Positions 61,121-64,000 of a DNA stretch of 64,000 bases are shown here, in pieces. The notes under the pieces were generated by a model. It was not told the origin of the DNA and made no database searches. It saw only the letters and a list, made by a program, of their open reading frames with translations. Position numbers and translations under genes: made by a program. Position 1 is the first letter of the stretch, and each line of letters opens with the position of its first letter. Source of the stretch: Haliotis cracherodii (taxonomy: Eukaryota); the NCBI RefSeq assembly GCF_022045235.1, contig NW_027266273.1, positions 25,978,001 to 26,042,000 of the forward strand, in the 5' to 3' direction.

Positions 61121-63813
61121 TGCATGCGTGCGTGCGTGCGTGTGTGTGTGTAAATCGAATCTGGACCCGACAATCCAATGATTGATATTATGAGCAAAGG
61201 TCGGGGGACGATGAACAACTTTCAACAAACTCACCGAGCCTGACCAACCCAATCAATTAAGTCGCCTTTTTCAACAGCCACAGGTTGCTGGGTAACCGAT
61301 CCTAACCTGGAATCCCCCACAGCGTGCTGGGTTAGCTGACTAATATTGTTCATTGGAGTGTGTCTAAGAGCAGGATATTTCTACCAGTCATCACTGACTT
61401 TCATATTAGTGTAATCACTAGTTTGCCCTTTACTCTTAATGGAAACTGTTTCGGTTGATAGTCTGGACTGATCATTCTCTGGCGTTGGCATTTTGAATTA
61501 AACTTTATATTGAATTCGTCTGACAGCGATCTTGCCACAATTGTAACACCCACTTACTAGGAAGAACAACTTGCACGAATCATCATCTTGTAAACAATAC
61601 TAGTTACTGTTCCTACCTTTGGATTAAGTTACAGCCAAGAACAATGCTCACAGCAGCAAGAGCCGCTATCGTACATACGATCGAGGCGATGATTGGAACT
61701 GTGAGCAAAAATGAATATATATATCATTAAAGATAGCATGCATCGATTACATCTCGACGGAAAATATGTTGGTTTTTTTCAGGATCTGATTGGTATGGCA
61801 GTAGTTCTGTAAGTCCTCCCAATACAATGAAACTCTTCATTGGAGGCTTTCAAATGTTCGATTTACCCTAATCAAGAATGGGAGTTAAGTCTGACGTAAG
61901 GCAAATTAAAATGCTGTGAAAACTGTTTTCAATCTACGAGTCCAAAATAAAATCTTTTCAACAGCATACATCATACATATTGTGCATTCACTCAACATAT
62001 TCACATAATAAGCGCGGAATACATACGATGTCAAACGTGCAAATGTAAACACGTAGATTTATGTTTGTTACACCGAGTTGGTCATGCGTGGCATATGTGG
62101 TGAGCAACATACCATTTTAACATCCAAATCAATGCATAACTAAATCATGATAATACACACAATGACCAATCATACACCTTTACAGTCATAAATAATACCG
62201 TTTGTGTTTGCTCCAGGGCCTTTGGTTAGACTCGGTGGTGTAGATCCTGTGTGTATTACAACGTACAAGTACATATATACTAATATGCTGCCATATGCCC
62301 GTCCTGTCACATGTGCGTTTAATTATATTGGCAAAAATAGGGTCTTGACCGTCATGAATAGGTTGCAGTACAAGGAGACGCAATGGCTGTGGGTATCAAC
62401 GTCTGTAATCTCTACCCATGTATCTATGACGTTTCGATGCTACTTCTTACCCCTTCTTCGGGTGGTATATATGTACTTGACCAGCAGAAAGTAGGTAATT
62501 TGTTATCCATGTTTGAGATTGATAAATTACTGATATATTCTTTCGCGACTTACGTTATTGAAAATTGTTTCACGAAAATTGAGGCGTAAATGTTCGTACG
62601 TCTGTTAATGTATATTTATCAAGACGGAACAAATTATCGCCTATTAATTTTCGTTACTGCCTATCAATGTAGATGTCACCACGGAGAGTGAGTCACTGAG
62701 TGGGATGGGTTTAACGCCGCTTTGAACAATATTCCAGCTGCATCAGGGCGACTCAGCTTCACGTGGGAGATAAGCACAAGTGACGCAGGTTTCAAAAGTT
62801 TACCACTTTGGTGTAACCCACGAGCACGGGGATGGTGCTGACAAACCTAAAAGGTAATCGTGGCGAACCGGAATTCGAACCCACAATCATTTGCGTCTGG
62901 CGTGCTCACGGGACGCAACAGCGAATTACGGCGTCTCAGACAAATGGGCCTACAGTGGTCCCGTTACGTAGAGGACAACACACAGGTCGATATTCTTGAG
63001 TGAGTATGGTTTTACGCCGCTTTTAGCAATATTCCAGCTACATTACGGTGGGGGACACCAGAAATGGGCTTCACACGTTGTGCCCATGTCGAGAATCGAA
63101 CCCGGGTCTTCGAAGAGACGAGCGAACGCTTTAACCACGAGGTTACTCGACCGCCCCTAGGTCGATATTAACAACTGTATACGTGATTGTAGGACTATTC
63201 CCTTGAAGGTTATATGTTCAAGTGAGATTATGACTATATGTCAGTGAATAAATTTGCTGCTCAATATTTACCATTTTATAAGTAAGTAATTTAAGTACTA
63301 AGTAAATAATGTTGTCAGTAATTCACACTACCTAAACTATGATTACACGATGATAAAGCGCACAATGTACCATTACACAGTTTTACAGTAATGTGGATTA
63401 CCTTTTGTGTTTGATCCCTGGGTTGTGGTTTGAATCTGTGGTGTTGATGTTGTAGATCCTGTGTGGATACAGATACAGATAGGTAGACGTAGACTTGTAC
63501 TTGTCAAGGATAAAATAGGTAAATGGTAATCCATGTTTACAAAAATATATTACTGATATATTCTTACATGCCTTGGAATAATTTTAGCATTTACCCGATT
63601 GAAATACTGTTTCGCGAACAGTGAGGCGTTAATGTGTATATAAATACAAAATACATATAGCTAAGTAATATTTGTTTCTGCCTATCAATGTACATTTTAC
63701 ATAAAAGACATAACACCGGATGGATATGGTGGAACTACAATTGTATACATGATATGTACCTTGCGTGGAAGCATCCGTGGTTTCATTTCGACAAGGTACG
63801 TACCAATCAGAAC
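60818..63813 (-). CDS. Gene D3: third CTLD receptor copy, 3' part (ITAM-like tail; 5' exons beyond the right edge)
   Basis: Exons 63813-63760 (SDWYVPCRNETT.., intact), 63458-63402, 62246-62199, 61698-61617 (TM) and 60995-60818 (tail as in D2). Confidence 0.82.
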
Positions 63814-64000
63814 CTGTCAATGTAAGATACAAATGATGCAGAAAGCGCGAAAATCTGTTTTAAATACACATATCTTATTTCTCATAAATAGTACCATCAA
63901 CTTACATCAGAAGTGTTACCCATTTTACATACGTAACTAGTCAAGTCGAGCTGTGTAACGTAACGCCAGCCGAAAAACATGTCAAGATATCAATGTGTTA

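Larger units (their letters stand above)
38680..64000. repeat. Tandem segmental duplication, period ~12.25 kb (at least 2 units, continues past the right edge)
   Basis: Identical or near-identical ORF pairs at offsets 12254-12272 (45368/57622, 48731/60985, 42194/54466). Confidence 0.97.

Overview
Eukaryotic, intron-rich, AT-rich animal DNA. The SINE repertoire suggests a mollusc, probably an abalone-like gastropod (inference). Most ORFs in the six-frame track are spurious. Hand-splicing on GT-AG sites and exon phases resolves a dense cluster of single-pass (type I) membrane receptor genes: (A) a C-type-lectin-like (CTLD) receptor running off the left edge; (B, C) a head-to-head pair of paralogous two-Ig-domain receptors with the same 9-exon layout; (E/F) two tandem TM+cytoplasmic-tail cassettes with an unresolved ectodomain; and (D1, D2, D3) three tandem CTLD receptor copies in a ~12.25-kb duplication. 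D1 and D2 have near-identical ectodomains but different TM exons and tails. D2/D3 carry an ITAM-spaced YSHL-x10-YAAL. D1 carries a longer multi-tyrosine tail in which that ITAM is broken. The CTLD exon differs ~9% between D1 and D2, mostly by replacement changes, against ~1.6% in the adjacent intron. Together this looks like a candidate invertebrate paired immune/recognition receptor complex built from phase-compatible exon modules. Also present: a minisatellite made from a real splice donor, a foldback element packed with YY1/ETS/E-box motifs, a 161-bp solo-LTR-like insertion containing a tRNA-like cassette, G-rich satellites, four SINE families, MITEs and a LINE 3' fragment. Gene models are manual and lack transcript support; repeat boundaries are approximate.
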